Below are positions 13,128 through 28,850 of a stretch of DNA of 64,000 nucleotides, one piece after another (position 1 is the stretch's first letter; each line of letters begins with the position of its first letter). Location: NCBI RefSeq assembly GCF_009914755.1, contig NC_060929.1; one strand, given 5' to 3'. The stretch is from the human T2T-CHM13v2.0 reference genome, Homo sapiens. A model generated the notes under the pieces. That model worked only from the letters and a program-made list of their open reading frames with translations, was not told the DNA's origin and did not search any database. The position numbers and the translations under genes are program-made.

Positions 13128-14460
13128 TAGTGGAACTAATGATCTTTTTAGGGTAAAAGAAACTTGCTTAACACATTTGAGGAGCAGAGTGGTACTGTAG
13201 TAGGTCCAATTTCTAGTGTAAATTTTGCCGTTTCTTATAGACTTAGGGACCCGTGGTAGGATAATCTTTTCCAAACTGTTTTCTTATCTGTGAAAGTAGG
13301 AACAATTGTTACTGCCACTCTCTTAAAAAGCTATCTGGAGATTAAATGCATCAGTGTACATAGTAGTTTTATTGAAATGTGAAGTACACACATATCAGTA
13401 TAAGTTATTATTATTACTACTAGAATTTTAGCTATACGTTTAAGTGGTAACAGTGTCACATGTTATGGATACAATTCTCTTTGTATATAATTGCAAAAAG
13501 TATTTTTAATGTTCTTTCTATATCTAAGCTTTTCAGCATGTACCAATGATTTTCTTTTCTTATTATTTTTAATTGACACATACATATTTATGGGGTACAG
13601 TGTGATATTTTCATACCTTTATACAGTGTGTAATGATCAAATCAGTAATTAGCATATCCATCGCCTCAAACATTTATCCTTTCTTTGCATTGGGAACATT
13701 CAAAATCCTCTCTTCTAGCTATTTGAAAATATAGTATAAATTATTGTTGGCCATAATCACCCTAGAGTACTATACACCACTAGAACTTATTCCTTCTATT
13801 TAGTTGTAATTTTGTATTGGTTAATCAATCTCTTCCTATTCCCCTCTTCCCTGCTACCCTTCCCAGCCTCTAGTAACCAGTATTATACTCTGTACTTCTG
13901 TGAGATCAACTTATTTAGCTTCCACATATGAGTGAAAAAATGATGTATTTATCTTTCTGTGCCTGGCTTATTTTACTTAACATAATTTCCTCCAGGCTCA
14001 TCCATGTTGCTGAAAATGACAGGATTTCATTTTTTTAATGGCCAAATAGTATTGCATTATGTATTGTGTGCCACATTTTCTTTATCCATGCATCTGTTGA
14101 TGAACGCTTAGGCCGGTTCCATATCTTGACTATTGTGAATAGTGCTGCAGTAAACATGGGAATGCAGATACCTCTTTGACATACTGATTTCCTTTCCTTT
14201 GGGTTATATATACCCAGCAATGGGATTAATTCATATGGTAGTTCTGTTTTTAGTTTTTTTGAATAACCTCCATACTATTTTCCATAATGGCTGTACTAAT
14301 TTACATTTCCACCAATAATATATGAGAGTTTCATTTTCTTCACATTTTTGTCATCCTTTGTTATTTTTTTTTTTTTTGCCTTTTTGATAGTAGCCATTCT
14401 AACTTGAAATGATCTCATTGTGATTTTGATTTGCATTTTCCTCATGATTAGTGATGTTGA

Positions 14461-14844
<384 letters not shown>

Positions 14845-15421
14845 TAAAAATATACTGTTTATTATTTATTTATTAGGATTATTTATTTTTTATTTTTGGT
14901 GTTGAGTTTTTTATGTATTTTGGATATTAATCTCTTGTTGGATGAATAGTTTGCAAATATTTTCTCCCATTCTGCAAGTTGTCTCTTCACTGTTGATTGT
15001 TTTTTTGCTGTGCAGAAGCTTTTTAGTTTGATCTAGTCCCATTTGTTTATTTTTGCTTTTGTTGCCTATGCTTCCGAGGTCTCATTTATAAAATCTTTGC
15101 CCAAACCAATGTCCTGAAGTGTTTCCCGTATGTTTTCTTCTAGTAGTTTCATAGTTTCAGGTCTTATGTTTAGGTTTTTAATAAATTTTGTGTTGATTTT
15201 TGTATATGATGAGAGGTAAGGGTCTATTTTCATTCTTTTGCATATGGATATCCAGTTTTCCCAGCACCATTTATTGAAGAGACTGTCATTTCCCCCACAT
15301 ATGTTCTTGGCACCTTTGTAGAAAATCAACTGGTTTTAAATGCATGGATTTATTTCTGTGTTATCTATTCTGTTCCATTGGTCTATGTATCTATTTTTAT
15401 GTCACTACCATTGCTGTTTGA

Positions 15422-15733
<312 letters not shown>

Positions 15734-15897
15734 TTTGGTAGCTCTAGCTTTATAGTATATTTTGAAGTCAAGTAGTGTGATACTTTCAGCTTTGTTCTTT
15801 TTGCTCAGTATTGCTTTGGTTATTTGGGATCTTTTGTGGTTTCATGTGAATTTTAGGATTTTTTTTTTTTTCTGTTTCTTTGAAGAATATCACTGGT

Positions 15898-15932
15898 TCC
15901 CTGGTTGTCTAGTGGCTAGGAACAACAGCAAA
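15898..15932 (+). pseudogene. tRNA-Glu 5' fragment retroposed insertion (TCCCTGGTTGTCTAGTGGCTAGGA plus short A-rich tail)
   Basis: 23/24 match to the recalled 5' end of a tRNA-Glu (TTC-type); TSD AAGAATATCACTGG (15883-15896) / AAGAATGCCACTGG (15933-15946). Confidence 0.75.
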
Positions 15933-16126
15933 AAGAATGCCACTGGCATTTTGATAGAGATTGCATTGAACCTGTAGATCACTTTGGGTGGTATGGCCAT
16001 CTTAACAGTACTAATTCTTCCAATCCATGAATGGGTTAATTTATTTCTAGGTACTTTATTTTATTTTTCTGGTGATTGTAAATGGGATTGCTTTCTGGTT
16101 TCTTTTTCAGCTAGTTTGGTATTGGT

Positions 16127-16472
16127 TTATATGGTATGGATGTTTTTCTCCTCCAAATCATGTTGAAATGTGATTGGCTTAACACCAACCCATTGGTGAT
16201 AAGTGAGTTCTTACTCAGTTCATGTGAGATCTGGTTGTTTAAAACAGTCTGGGACCTCCTTCTCTCTCTTGCTGCCACTCTTGCCATTGTGATGCACTTG
16301 CTCCCCCTTTGCCTTTTGCCATGATTGGAGGCTTCTTGAGGGCCTTACGAGGAGTAGATGCTGGAGCTCTGCCTGTACAGCCCACAGAGCTATGTTCCAA
16401 TTAAACCTCTTTTCTTTGTAAATTACCCAGCCTCAGGTATTTCCTATAACAATGCAGAAGTAGCCTGACACA
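16127..16472 (+). mobile_element. MSTA/MSTB-type LTR nested in L1
   Basis: ...ATATGGTATGGATGTTTTTCTCCTCCAAATCATGTTGAAATGT...AATTAAACCTCTTTTCTTTGTAAATTACCCAGCCTCAGGTAT...CA; 5-bp TSD TTGGT. Confidence 0.8.
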
Positions 16473-18444
16473 TTGGTGTATAGAAATGCTACTGATTTTT
16501 GTATGTTGATTTTCTATTCTGCAACTTTACTGTATTCATTTATCAGTTCTAAGAGTTTTTTGATGGAGTCTTTAGGTTTTTCTATATGTAGGATTGTGTC
16601 ATCTGTAAACAGGAACAGTTTGATGTCCTTCTTTTTAATTTGGATGCCCTTTGTTTCTTTCTCTTGCCTAATTGTCCTGGCTAGTACTTTCAGCACTATG
16701 TTGAATAAGAGCGGTGAAAGTGGGCATTTTTATTTTGTTCCAGTTTTTAGAGGAGAAGCTTTCAGCTGTTCCCTGTTGAGTGTGATGTTAGCTGCAGGTT
16801 TGTAATATATGACCTTTGTTGTATTGAGGTACATTCCTTCTGTACCTAATTTGTTGAGAGTTTTTATCCTGAAGGAATATTGAATGTTACCACATGCTTT
16901 CTCTTGAGATGATCAGATGGTTTTTTTCTCCTTTGTTTTGTTGATGTGATATCACATTTATTGATACACATAACCATCGTTACATCTCTGGCTAAATCTC
17001 ACTTGATTATGATATATTATCTTCTAATTGGATTCAGTTTGCTAGTATTTTGTTTAGGATTTTTGTGACTGTGTTCATCAGGGATATTGGACTTCAGTTT
17101 TCTTTTTTTTGTTGTTTTGTCCTTGTCTGGTTTGGGTATCAGTATAATGCCCACCTCATAGAATGAGTTTGGAAGAAATCTGTTCCCTCCCCCTTCAATT
17201 TTTTGAAATAGTTTGAGAGGAATTTGTATTAGTTCTTTAAATGTTTGGTAAAATTCAGCAGTGAAGCTGTCTGTTACTGCTCTTTTCTTTCTTGGGAGAC
17301 TTTTTATACCCGCTTCAATCTTGTTCTTTGTTATTGACCTGTTCAGATTTTCTATTTCTTCTGAGTTGAATCTTGGTAGTAGGTCATATGTCTATGTCCA
17401 GTTTTCCTCCAGTTTGTTGGCGTAGAGTTGTTGTAGTAGTCGTTAATGATCTTTTTTATTTCTGTGGTATCAGTTGTAAATGCCTTTTTTTCATTTCTGA
17501 TTTTATTTGTGTTTTCTCTTTTTTTCTTAGTCTAGCTAATGAATTGTCAGTTTTGTTTATCTTTTCAAAAAACCAACTTTTTGTTTCAGTGACCTTCTGT
17601 AATTTTTTAGTCTCAATTTTGTTTATTTCTTCTCTGATCTTTATTAATTCTATCTACTGATTTTGGATTTGGTTCTTGCTTTTCTAGTTCTTTTAGATGC
17701 ATTTTTAGATTGTTTATTTGAATTCTTTCTACTTTTCCAATGTAGGCATTTATTGCTATAGGCTTTCCTCTTAGTACTGCTTTTGCTGTATTTCATAGGC
17801 TTTGGTATATTGTGTTTTTATTTTCATTTGTTTCAAGAAATGTTTACATTTTCTTCTTAATTTCTTTGCTACCCGTTGGTTATTCAGGAATATGTTGTTT
17901 AGTTTGCATGTATTTGTACTGTGTCCAAAGTTCTTGTTATTGATTTCTAGTTTTTCTTCATTGTGATTAGAAAACCAAAATCATATCAAATAAAAAATTT
18001 ATTGAGGCTTATTTTGTGGCCTGACTTATGGTCTGTTGCGGAGAATGTTCCATGTGCTGATGTGTATCTGCAGCTGTTGGATCAAATGTTCTGTTAACTT
18101 CTATTAGGACCATTTCATTTCTAGAGCAGTGGTCTTTTTGGTCCATTTTGTTTATAGAGCAGTTTAAGTCCAAAGTTTCTTTGTTGATTTTCTTTCTGGA
18201 TGATCTGCCCAATGCCATGAGTGAGGTATTGAAGTTCCCAACTATTATTGTGTTGAAGTCTATCTTTCTCATTAGATCTGGTAGCATTTGCTTTATATAT
18301 CTGGGTGTTCCAGTGTTGGGTGCATATATATTTACAACTGTTATGTCCTCTTGCTGAAATGATACCTTTATCTTTATATAATGACCTTGTTTTTCTCTTT
18401 GCACTGTTTTTGACTTAAAGTCTATTATATCTGATGTAAGTGTA

Positions 18445-18685
18445 TCGTTGACTCTTAAACAACATAGGTTTGAATTGTGCAGGTTCACTTATACATTTAT
18501 ATTTTAAAAACCAAACATCAATAGAAAATACAGTATTCATAGGATATGAAATTTGCATATATGGAGGGCCTACTTTTTGTATACGTGGGTTTCACAGGGC
18601 CAACTTCAGGACTTGAGTAGGCACAGATTTTGATGCACGTGGAGTGTCCTGGAACAAATGCCTTGTATATACTGAGTTATGAATG
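18445..18685 (+). mobile_element. MER8 (Tigger-family MITE) nested in L1
   Basis: GTTGACTCTTAAACAACATAGGTTTGAATTGTGCAGGTTCACTTATA...TCCTGGAACAAAT, flanked by TA. Confidence 0.75.
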
Positions 18686-19778
18686 TAGTTATTCTGCCTA
18701 TTTTTGGTTTCTATTTGTATAGAATATCTTTTTCTGTCCTTTCATTTTCAGTCCATGTGTGTCTTTACAAGCAAAGTGAGTTTCTTGTAGGTAGCATATA
18801 GTTGAGTATTTAAAAAAATCTATCCAGCCAATCTCTTTATCATTTAATTGGGAAATTTAATTCATTTATATTCAAGATAAATAGGCAAGAACTTCTGTCA
18901 TTTTGTTAATTGTTTTCTGTTTTTTTTTGTATGTTCTTTGTTCCTTTCTTTGTCTTTTATTGTCTATCTCTTCAGTTTGGTGGTTTTTTTGTAGTGATGA
19001 AATTGGATTCTTTTCTCTTTCTCATTTGTGTATGTGCTCTGCCAGTGAGTTTTAAGCTTTCATATGTTTTCATGATGGTAGTTCATCCTTTCACTTTCAA
19101 GTGTAGGACTCCCATAAGCATTTCTTTTAAGACGGGTCTAGTGGTGATAAATTCTCTCAGTTTTTTCTTGTCTGGGAAAGACTTTGTTTCTCCTTTATTT
19201 CTGAAGGATAGCTTGCTGGAGTAGTGTTCTTGGCTGGCAGGTTTTTGTTTTTTTTTTTCTTTCAGCATTTTGAATGTTATCATTCCATTCTCTCCTGGCT
19301 TGTAATGTTTCTGCAGATAAATCTGCTGTTAGTCTAATAAGTCTTATATGTGACTTGATGCTTTTTTCTTGCTGTTTTTAATATTCTCTTTTTGTCTTTG
19401 ACTTCTGACAGTTTTAGGAGAATGTGCTTTGGAGAGGACATTTTTGGGTTGAATCCATTTGAAGACCTTTGAGTGTCCTGGATATGGATGTCCATCTTTC
19501 TTTCAGGACTTGGGAGTTTTCAGCTAAAATGTTTTCTATGCCCAACTTCGCTCCTTCTGTAACTCTCAATATGTAAAAATTTGTTTACTTAATGGTGTCC
19601 CATTACTACCATAGGCTTTCTTCATTCTTTTTTATGTTTTTCTCTTTCCTTTTTTTTTTTGTCTGACTGGGTTATTTCAAAAGTCCTGTCTTTGAGTTTA
19701 AATATTCTTTCTTTTGCTTGATGTAGTATGTTGTTGAAGCTTTCAATTGTATTTTTAAATTTCATTGATTGAATTCTT

Positions 19779-19884
19779 GTTTTTTTTTTTCTTTTTCCTA
19801 TCAGTTGGGCAATGTGCTTATTTCATGACAACGTTTGAGGGAGGCATATCTTACACGAGTGTGAACACTCAGTCATCACACTTT
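19779..19884 (-). pseudogene. U13 (SNORD13) snoRNA retropseudogene
   Basis: Minus strand GTGTGATGACTGAGTGTTCACACTCGTGTAAGATATGCCTCCCTCAAACGTTGTCATGAAATAAGCACATTGCCCAACTGA plus A-tail. C box TGATGA, D box CTGA; TSD 19764-19778 / 19885-19899 (13/15). Confidence 0.85.
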
Positions 19885-20141
19885 ATTCATTGTATTCTTA
19901 AGCTCTGTTTTTTTTAATGATATATATATCTTTTTGTTGAATTTCTCATTTAGATAATGAATTGTTTTTCTGATTTTCTTGTATTATCTATCTATATTTT
20001 TCTTGTATCTCACTGGATTTCCTTAAGATCATCATTTTGAATTCCCTTTCAGGAATTTCGTAGATTTTCTTCTATTTAGGTTTGTTACTGGAGAGTTGTG
20101 TTTCTTTGGAGGTGTTGTGTTTCCCTGTTTTTCCATGTTTC

Positions 20142-20573
<432 letters not shown>

Positions 20574-22475
20574 TAACTTTTGTAGGGAAAGACTTTTTTC
20601 TCTATGTATCAGTTAGGTTAGGTGTTTGGTTTAGCTTCTGGTTGGGCACAGATGTGTAATTGCCTTGTGATTTCTTTGGCTGTAATCAACATCAACAGTG
20701 TCTGTATGTGCCTCAGTGGCCTTGACTTTGGGGTTTGTGGAGACAGTGGCATGGTTTTGATGGGAACAGGGATTGCCAGATGGGTTAGTTGTCTGTCCCT
20801 GGTGGGTGAGCATGGTGCATGGTAGATCCTCCATGGGAGGGGGAAGGGTTGCTGGTGGTGTCAGTTGTCTTGGTCCATATGGGGCACATGTGGCACATGG
20901 TTGCTCTACTGCTAGATAGGTCATGGTTGCTTGAGGTGATAGATGCTGGCCAGGCTAATTCTCAGTCTCTGGGGAATGCGTATGTCAGCCTTTCTCTTCC
21001 TGGTGGCAGCGTCCCCATTGTACTTGAATGTCTGTTTTTTTTTTTGGAGTGTAGGGTGCTGCATGGACTCAGGTGCTGAGGTCATAGTGGTACCACTGAA
21101 ACTAGCTGGGGTCATGATCCTGCAGCCTTCTGTGTGGGCATGGTGGGATGATGGCAGATGGCACCCCTAGGATGTGGAGGTGTCTGGGCTATTGGCCTCC
21201 AGGTCAGAATGCACACCAGCAGTGGTTCCATTACCAAAATGGTGTCATACTGTAACAGCTTGGGTCTCATGGGATAGGGAGGACTCAGCTTGTGTTTCTT
21301 TTCAGGAGCAATTCAGCTGTGTATACTCCAGGCAGGTTCCTATACTGAGCTCAGGGTCTGTGATTACAGGTATTTGTGATGGTAATGGCGACTCTTGGGT
21401 GTCCCCCACTTAACCTTTTGCCCACAATGGGAAGTCCCTGTCAGCTCTAAGCTGATTCCATCTGGATGCTTCACTTCCCCCTCTAAGCTGCCATGCAGAG
21501 TTTCTGTGCCTCAGAGGGTTTTTGTCACTTCCTTGCTGAATTTTCATGTTCTCTCTTAGACATTTTACCTGAAGTGCTGTTATTTGTTGTTTTGATTCTT
21601 CTCTGCGCAGGAGACAAGGATTGGGCACCTCTAGTTGGCCATCTTGATGACATCTAACCAGTATTTTCTAGTTAAGATTTTAATTTCTGTGATTTCGCTC
21701 TGGTGATAATGGGATTGCTGAGTGGGTCAGTGTCAATTTAGTGGTCTCTAATGTAGAGATTTGTTTGAGATAAATTTACCCCAATATTATTTAACTACCC
21801 ATGATTGATCTCAATAAATTATTTATCCAGCTTTCAATGCTTGCCTGCCTGGTTGCGCTTTGTAAAATTTCCACTTGGGGGTAGTGTTTCATTGCACAAT
21901 CAAACAATGCTTTCTTCACTTAAGTATCACGTTTTCTAATTTGCTTTTGAACTTTCTTGTGCTTAAAAAGGGTCATAAAAGACTGTTAACTGTCTTAAAA
22001 TCTTGATTTTTTTAACTGGTTGTTTCCTGTCATTTGAATAATTGCATTGAAATGAACAATTAATAAGAATTCAGTCTTTTGAGAATCCTAACACTTTTTC
22101 CATCTCTTGAGGGATAATACAAGCCTCTTTCTATTATTTTGTGTCTTGTAACATTTTTATTTTCAGTAAGACTTATCATATTATACTATCAAAAAAAAAT
22201 CTCAGTCCACATTTTGAAAAACTCATTTCCTGTTTTTAAAAAGTTAAGTGAAAATATATATGCCTTAGCTAATTTTAGGCGTTGGCTTTTTCTCCATATT
22301 ATCCCATTACTTATTTATCCAATTCCACTTTCAACTCTCACCCCAGTTTTAAAAAGAGCAGTTTTTCAGAAGAAAAAAAAATCTTGTTTAAAAAAAATTG
22401 TGTTAATCATAACTATTACATTTTCATGTATACCATTATGCTATTTATTAATTAGTAACTTTTTTATTGTTACAG

Positions 22476-22540
22476 CTTTCAAAATCTATGCAATAACCCT
22501 ATGGAGAAGATCATTTCACAATGCAGATTCTTTGTTTCAA
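22476..22540 (+). CDS. HSD17B4: Alternative 65-nt cassette exon of HSD17B4 (C-FQNLCNNPMEKIISQCRFFVS-M)
   Basis: Strong acceptor TTTTTTATTGTTACAG, donor CAA/GTAATT. Restores the main frame for the ATG-3590 isoform and has its own in-frame ATG at 22501. Confidence 0.7.
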
Positions 22541-23139
22541 GTAATTCTCTTAAGTTCTGTTTTTCCAAGTTATTTGGCATTTATCTATGTATCTTTTTAT
22601 TAGTTTTTGCATGTTATTTTGTAAATTTTTTCATAAATTATTGTGTAAATTAACTTTGATATTTGTTCTTATTTGATTATGTTGGCTTGGATATACACTT
22701 TATGCTAAAATCTGTGTATTACTGTGGCCATCGCATACTTAACTTTCAATAGATTATAAACTCTTTGAGGGCAAACACCATTCTTATACATTTGTGTGTC
22801 CCTCTGTAGATTTTCCTGCAAATAGTAAATTATCAATTAATGTTTGTAAATATATAATTGGATATAGGGAGATGTTTTATGGTAAGTGTCATCAGTTAAA
22901 CATATGAACATGGAGTTATGGTATAAATTAGTGACTAAACATATATTGGTTCTGTATGTAATTTTTGACCTCTTTTGAGAAATAGTTTTTATTTCTTTCA
23001 TTTTAGACACTGTGTGTTGTAAAAACTTAAAATATGATTTTCTAATATTTTAAGCTCATGCGTGTTTCTTTTAAAATCACCATTCTTATACATAAAGACT
23101 TTCTTATGGAGAAGATATTTCAACATTGTGTGCTTAATC

Positions 23140-24500
<1,361 letters not shown>

Positions 24501-24746
24501 TAAAAATTTCATGAGAACAACCTGTATTTAAATAGTTTTGCTGCTTCTTTATGTCTGTATTCAAAAATGAAGAGGAATGTTTTGAAAATGGCTGTGTTGT
24601 GTTTAGTAAGATGGGATAGGGTAGGAAGGAACTGGGCAGATGACTGAAGAGATGTGCTAGTAATTAGAATTTCATTTTCCACACACACACACACATTTTG
24701 AAAGTCTAGAATAATTAATTGTTGTTTGCTTGTTTTTGCATTACAG

Positions 24747-24854
24747 TGAATGATTTGGGAGGGGACTTCAAAGGAGTTGGTAAAGGCTCCTTAGCTGCTG
24801 ATAAGGTTGTTGAAGAAATAAGAAGGAGAGGTGGAAAAGCAGTGGCCAACTATG
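24747..24854 (+). CDS. HSD17B4: HSD17B4 exon 3 ([10 protein letters not shown]...KAVANY-D)
   Basis: ACAG acceptor, GTATGG donor, 108 nt. Confidence 0.98.
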
Positions 24855-25239
24855 GTATGGTATTTGAGAGAACTATACTATTTATTTTCCTTCAACTAAT
24901 GCTATTTGTCACATTAATAATCTTTGAGCAAATATCTCAGTATTCCAGTATAATTATGATTTTCTAAGTCTGCCAAAGTTTTCTGACTACATATTTTATA
25001 TATGTGAGAATTGTTAAAACTTTTGATGTAGACTATTTCATGATTCTAAGCTTTGTTCTATTGTTTACTATTTTTATTAGTGAGCACATGATATAATTAG
25101 TAAATTATTGTAGATATGGATATGTTCTTCTGAGTTCTGTTGGGTGAATAGTATTTGTCGTGTACTCTGACCCACAGAATTTAGAAGTCCTTTGGAAGGG
25201 AGGTTGCCGAAATTTCATACAAATTTTCCTTTCCCTCAG

Positions 25240-25299
25240 ATTCAGTGGAAGAAGGAGAGAAGGTTGTGAAGACAGCCCTGGATGCTTTTGGAAGAATAG
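25240..25299 (+). CDS. HSD17B4: HSD17B4 exon 4 ([21 protein letters not shown])
   Basis: TCAG acceptor, GTGATG donor, 60 nt. Confidence 0.97.
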
Positions 25300-26544
25300 G
25301 TGATGTTTCTTTGTGTTATGGCTCTTGTGGAGCAACTTCTACCTTCCTAATGAAATATTTTTAAGTTGACTTTCATTTACTAAACAGATACCTCTTTCCT
25401 CATAATCACATTTTAAAATTTGATTTATAAGTTAATTATTGTACTTATTTCATAAAGGGTTTAATTGAGGTGGCAATTTTATGGATATAGTGTTGAGTTT
25501 GTTTTTTTGCACCTTAAGTGCTTTAAAAAACTTACGAGCGTTTACTCAGTGCCCTTTTTTAAATAATTCAGTTAAACCTCAAAGATGTTTATAAGATTAA
25601 AAAATAAACCAATATTTTGGCAATAGAGTACCCAGTGGATTCTTTTGGATAATTATAATAATTTGGATTAAAATAATCCAATATCTTGCAAATTACTTAA
25701 GATGATTTCTCTATAATAAAAATCTTAATTTTTAAGAAGTATTTCAAATAAATTGTTGAGTTTGTTATTTCTGTAGCTAATCTTCCCAGTTTAGTCCCAC
25801 ACACTCTTAATAAAAGATTATTTAACTACTAGATGGAGACATCACGGAACATAAGCCCAACATGTTTACAATCTGAAAAACATTACTTATTCTTAATTGA
25901 ATGTGCTCTCCCTTTTTTGTTTGGTCTATTACACTTATTTTTCTAATTTTGTTTGATTGAACTCATAAGAACCATGTTCACATATCGTCTGACAGGGATA
26001 GAAACCACAAAAATGTGAAATCATAGGGTGAAAATAGCCACAAGAGGGTTGAACCTTAAAAAATAATTATTTTCTTTCATAGTGAGAAAATAATTATGTA
26101 TCAAGATAAGGCATCAGTTTGTAACTCTAATGGTTTTCTTTTTGGACTTTTTACTTTTGAGTGGCAAGGGAAAAATGTAACTTTAACTTGCTAAGTGAAT
26201 TTTGAGGTTAAGTGTAGAATGGCTTATGGTTCTGATTCCTTAGAACCTAAGAGTTGTAAAATGGCTAATTCTATAATTAAGTGGATAGAATTTTGATAGA
26301 GAGGTGGGAAAATTTATAGATGTTAGTTTGAGAGGAAGGTGCTTGATATAATGTGATACTTAGGCTTTTGTGAGTCAACTTTTTTTGATATAGGTATAGA
26401 CTTTTGTTTTGAAAGCACTCTTTACCTATTATATTTACTTTTTCATGGTTAAAAAATGCCAGTTTTGAGAGAAATGTGAGTTGTAAGCAAATGCAAACTA
26501 ATATGCTTGCTTTTAGATGTAACTTGTATCTTTTTATATTGTAG

Positions 26545-26566
26545 ATGTTGTGGTCAACAATGCTGG
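26545..26566 (+). CDS. HSD17B4: HSD17B4 exon 5 (DVVVNNAG), 22-nt microexon
   Basis: GTAG acceptor, GTGAGT donor; encodes the SDR NNAG motif. Confidence 0.97.
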
Positions 26567-26662
26567 GTGAGTATTTCTTTTTCATTTTTAGTGATGTGTG
26601 TATAATTTTTTTAAAAAGTATATACTTTCCTCCTTTTACCCTATACAACATTGATTTTTTAG

Positions 26663-26709
26663 AATTCTGAGGGATCATTCCTTTGCTAGGATAAGTGATG
26701 AAGACTGGG
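26663..26709 (+). CDS. HSD17B4: HSD17B4 exon 6 (GILRDHSFARISDEDW-D), His106 allele
   Basis: TTAG acceptor, GTAAGT donor, 47 nt; CAT at 26676-26678. Confidence 0.97.
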
Positions 26710-28242
26710 GTAAGTTGTTTTTAGTATTTCTCTGGGGAACATACTTATCCATTTAGCCTTTTTAGTATTTGATAAATTTATACATTTAAGGAAAAACCTG
26801 CTTCTATCTACTTTTGCTGCTAATATAAATGATGAGTAAACTGTATACTGAAGACAATGAATAGTTAGAAGTAGCCTCTTTTAGAAAACATTTAATACTT
26901 TTAAAAAATGTTAAATCATTTGTTTAGAAGATATCTAAAAGGATTTTATTTCTTCAGGTTTCCCTCTCCCCTTTTTTTCTCCTTAAGAGGTTGTCAGCAT
27001 TTTCTAGAGGTATTAACTCTTAACAGCCTTTAACGTGCTTATCCAGCTGTGTGAATCTTTTTCAAGAACAGGAGCAGGATATTTAAGGGAGTCTAGTGCA
27101 CTAAAAATGATGGAGATTTTAGAACAGGTTAGGACAAAACCTGGATATAATTTTGAAGCTTCTAGTAAATAGGAAAGTTTTCCATTCTTTCTGAATTGGA
27201 AAGATTGAGTTTAGATAATGAACAAATCACAGTTAAGAATTTTTTTTTTCTTTTGCTCCTCTTTGTGCTTACTTTCATTGGCCATCAGAACTAAAATGAA
27301 CAGTGGTGGCTGAGACAGAGGGAGGCATGGCAACTGAGGTGAAACAATTGTATCATTGTTTATAGAGTGTGTTTTGGGGGAATAGTGCCTGACTGTCTTT
27401 TGGAAGAAGAGTTAGTGTCTTTGATTTAGAATTAAGCTAAGAAGAGCTTTTAGTTTCTGCTTCCCTTGTAACAACTGGGGTAAAAAAGAAGCTGAGAAAG
27501 ATAGGATTTGCTGGCAAAGGGGGCCTATGTTGGTGCTTTTCTTGGTGCTGCAACGGGACTGAGGTATTTCCTTCTCTGATTCCATCCTACTAAGCCACTA
27601 CTCCTGACTACCCTTCTCCCTCTCTTTCTTTTTTTTAGTTCCTTTTTTCACTCTTACATTCTTCTTCTAATATACACATGAAAACATTTGTTTTACCAAA
27701 AATAAGTAAGAATGCTTAAAAAACTTGACAATTAAAATCTAGAATTGTCTGTCTGAATGTTTCATAAGTGGTCTGTTCGTTAGATTGAAATTTGTGAAAA
27801 CAGGCCTCTCACTAACTCATTTGCAAATGGTAACAATAGGGATCTAGTGAGTATTTTGTAAATATTTCTTAATGAGCTATGTGATTTATGATTATGCCTT
27901 AACTGATGTTAGTGTTGGGTGCCAGTTATATTTATAAAAATCTTGGATTTTATATTAGCAAAATTTTTATATAAAGTAGGCATAAAATAAGGGCGTAGCA
28001 TTATATTTAGATGTGTATAGGCATTACATTAATTTTACAAATTATGAGGAGAGCTGTTGTAGTTCTAAGTGTGAAGTATTGATTAGTAGCATAACTGGAA
28101 TAAAGGCAAAATACTCATTGGGGTGTGACAGTAGGCAATTTTATACATTAGGTATAAAATGAACATCTTTGTATAAATACAACATTGCTTATGTTGATTC
28201 TTAGACATGCCTAAGTTTTTACAAAATATTTAATAAAAATAA

Positions 28243-28341
<99 letters not shown>

Positions 28342-28596
28342 TAGAGTTGCATGTGGTTGTCAAGGGGGATTTAAGATGTTGTGCCTGGGGGTTCTTGTGT
28401 ACAGGGAAAGATTATGTGAAGTGTTGTGAAATGATTTATGACATTGAGGAATATGTACAGCCTTTTAACATATGGTTTTGGCACATACCCTCATTAAATT
28501 GGTATAATTTAGTCACAGATTGGCTGAGCTGGAAAGCTTTATATTTATTTTTTACCTCTTTTTGTTATTAAAGATTTTCTTGCTGCTCTCTGGCAA

Positions 28597-28850
28597 TTTT
28601 TATTTTATTTTGAGACATAGTTTCATTCTTGTCCAGGCTGGAGTACAGTGGCATGAACATGGCTCACTGTAGCCTTACCTCCTGGGCTCAAGCAGTCCTC
28701 CCACCTCAGCCTCCCAAGTAGCTGGGACTGCAGGTATGTGTCACCATGCCTGGCAAGTTTTTTAATTTTTTGGTAGAGACAGTATCTCGTTTTGTTGCCC
28801 AGGCTGGTCTCAAACTCTTGGGCCCAAGTAATCTTCCTGCCTTAGTTTCT
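28597..28850 (-). mobile_element. AluJ, truncated
   Basis: Diverged antisense Alu. Confidence 0.85.

Noticed and set aside
18009-18488. 159-aa endonuclease-like ORF
   Set aside because: Degraded L1 ORF2 endonuclease remnant fused to MER8 sequence.
22139-22603. 154-aa ORF overlapping the cassette exon
   Set aside because: AT-rich low-complexity translation with a non-ATG start; only 22476-22540 has splice support.
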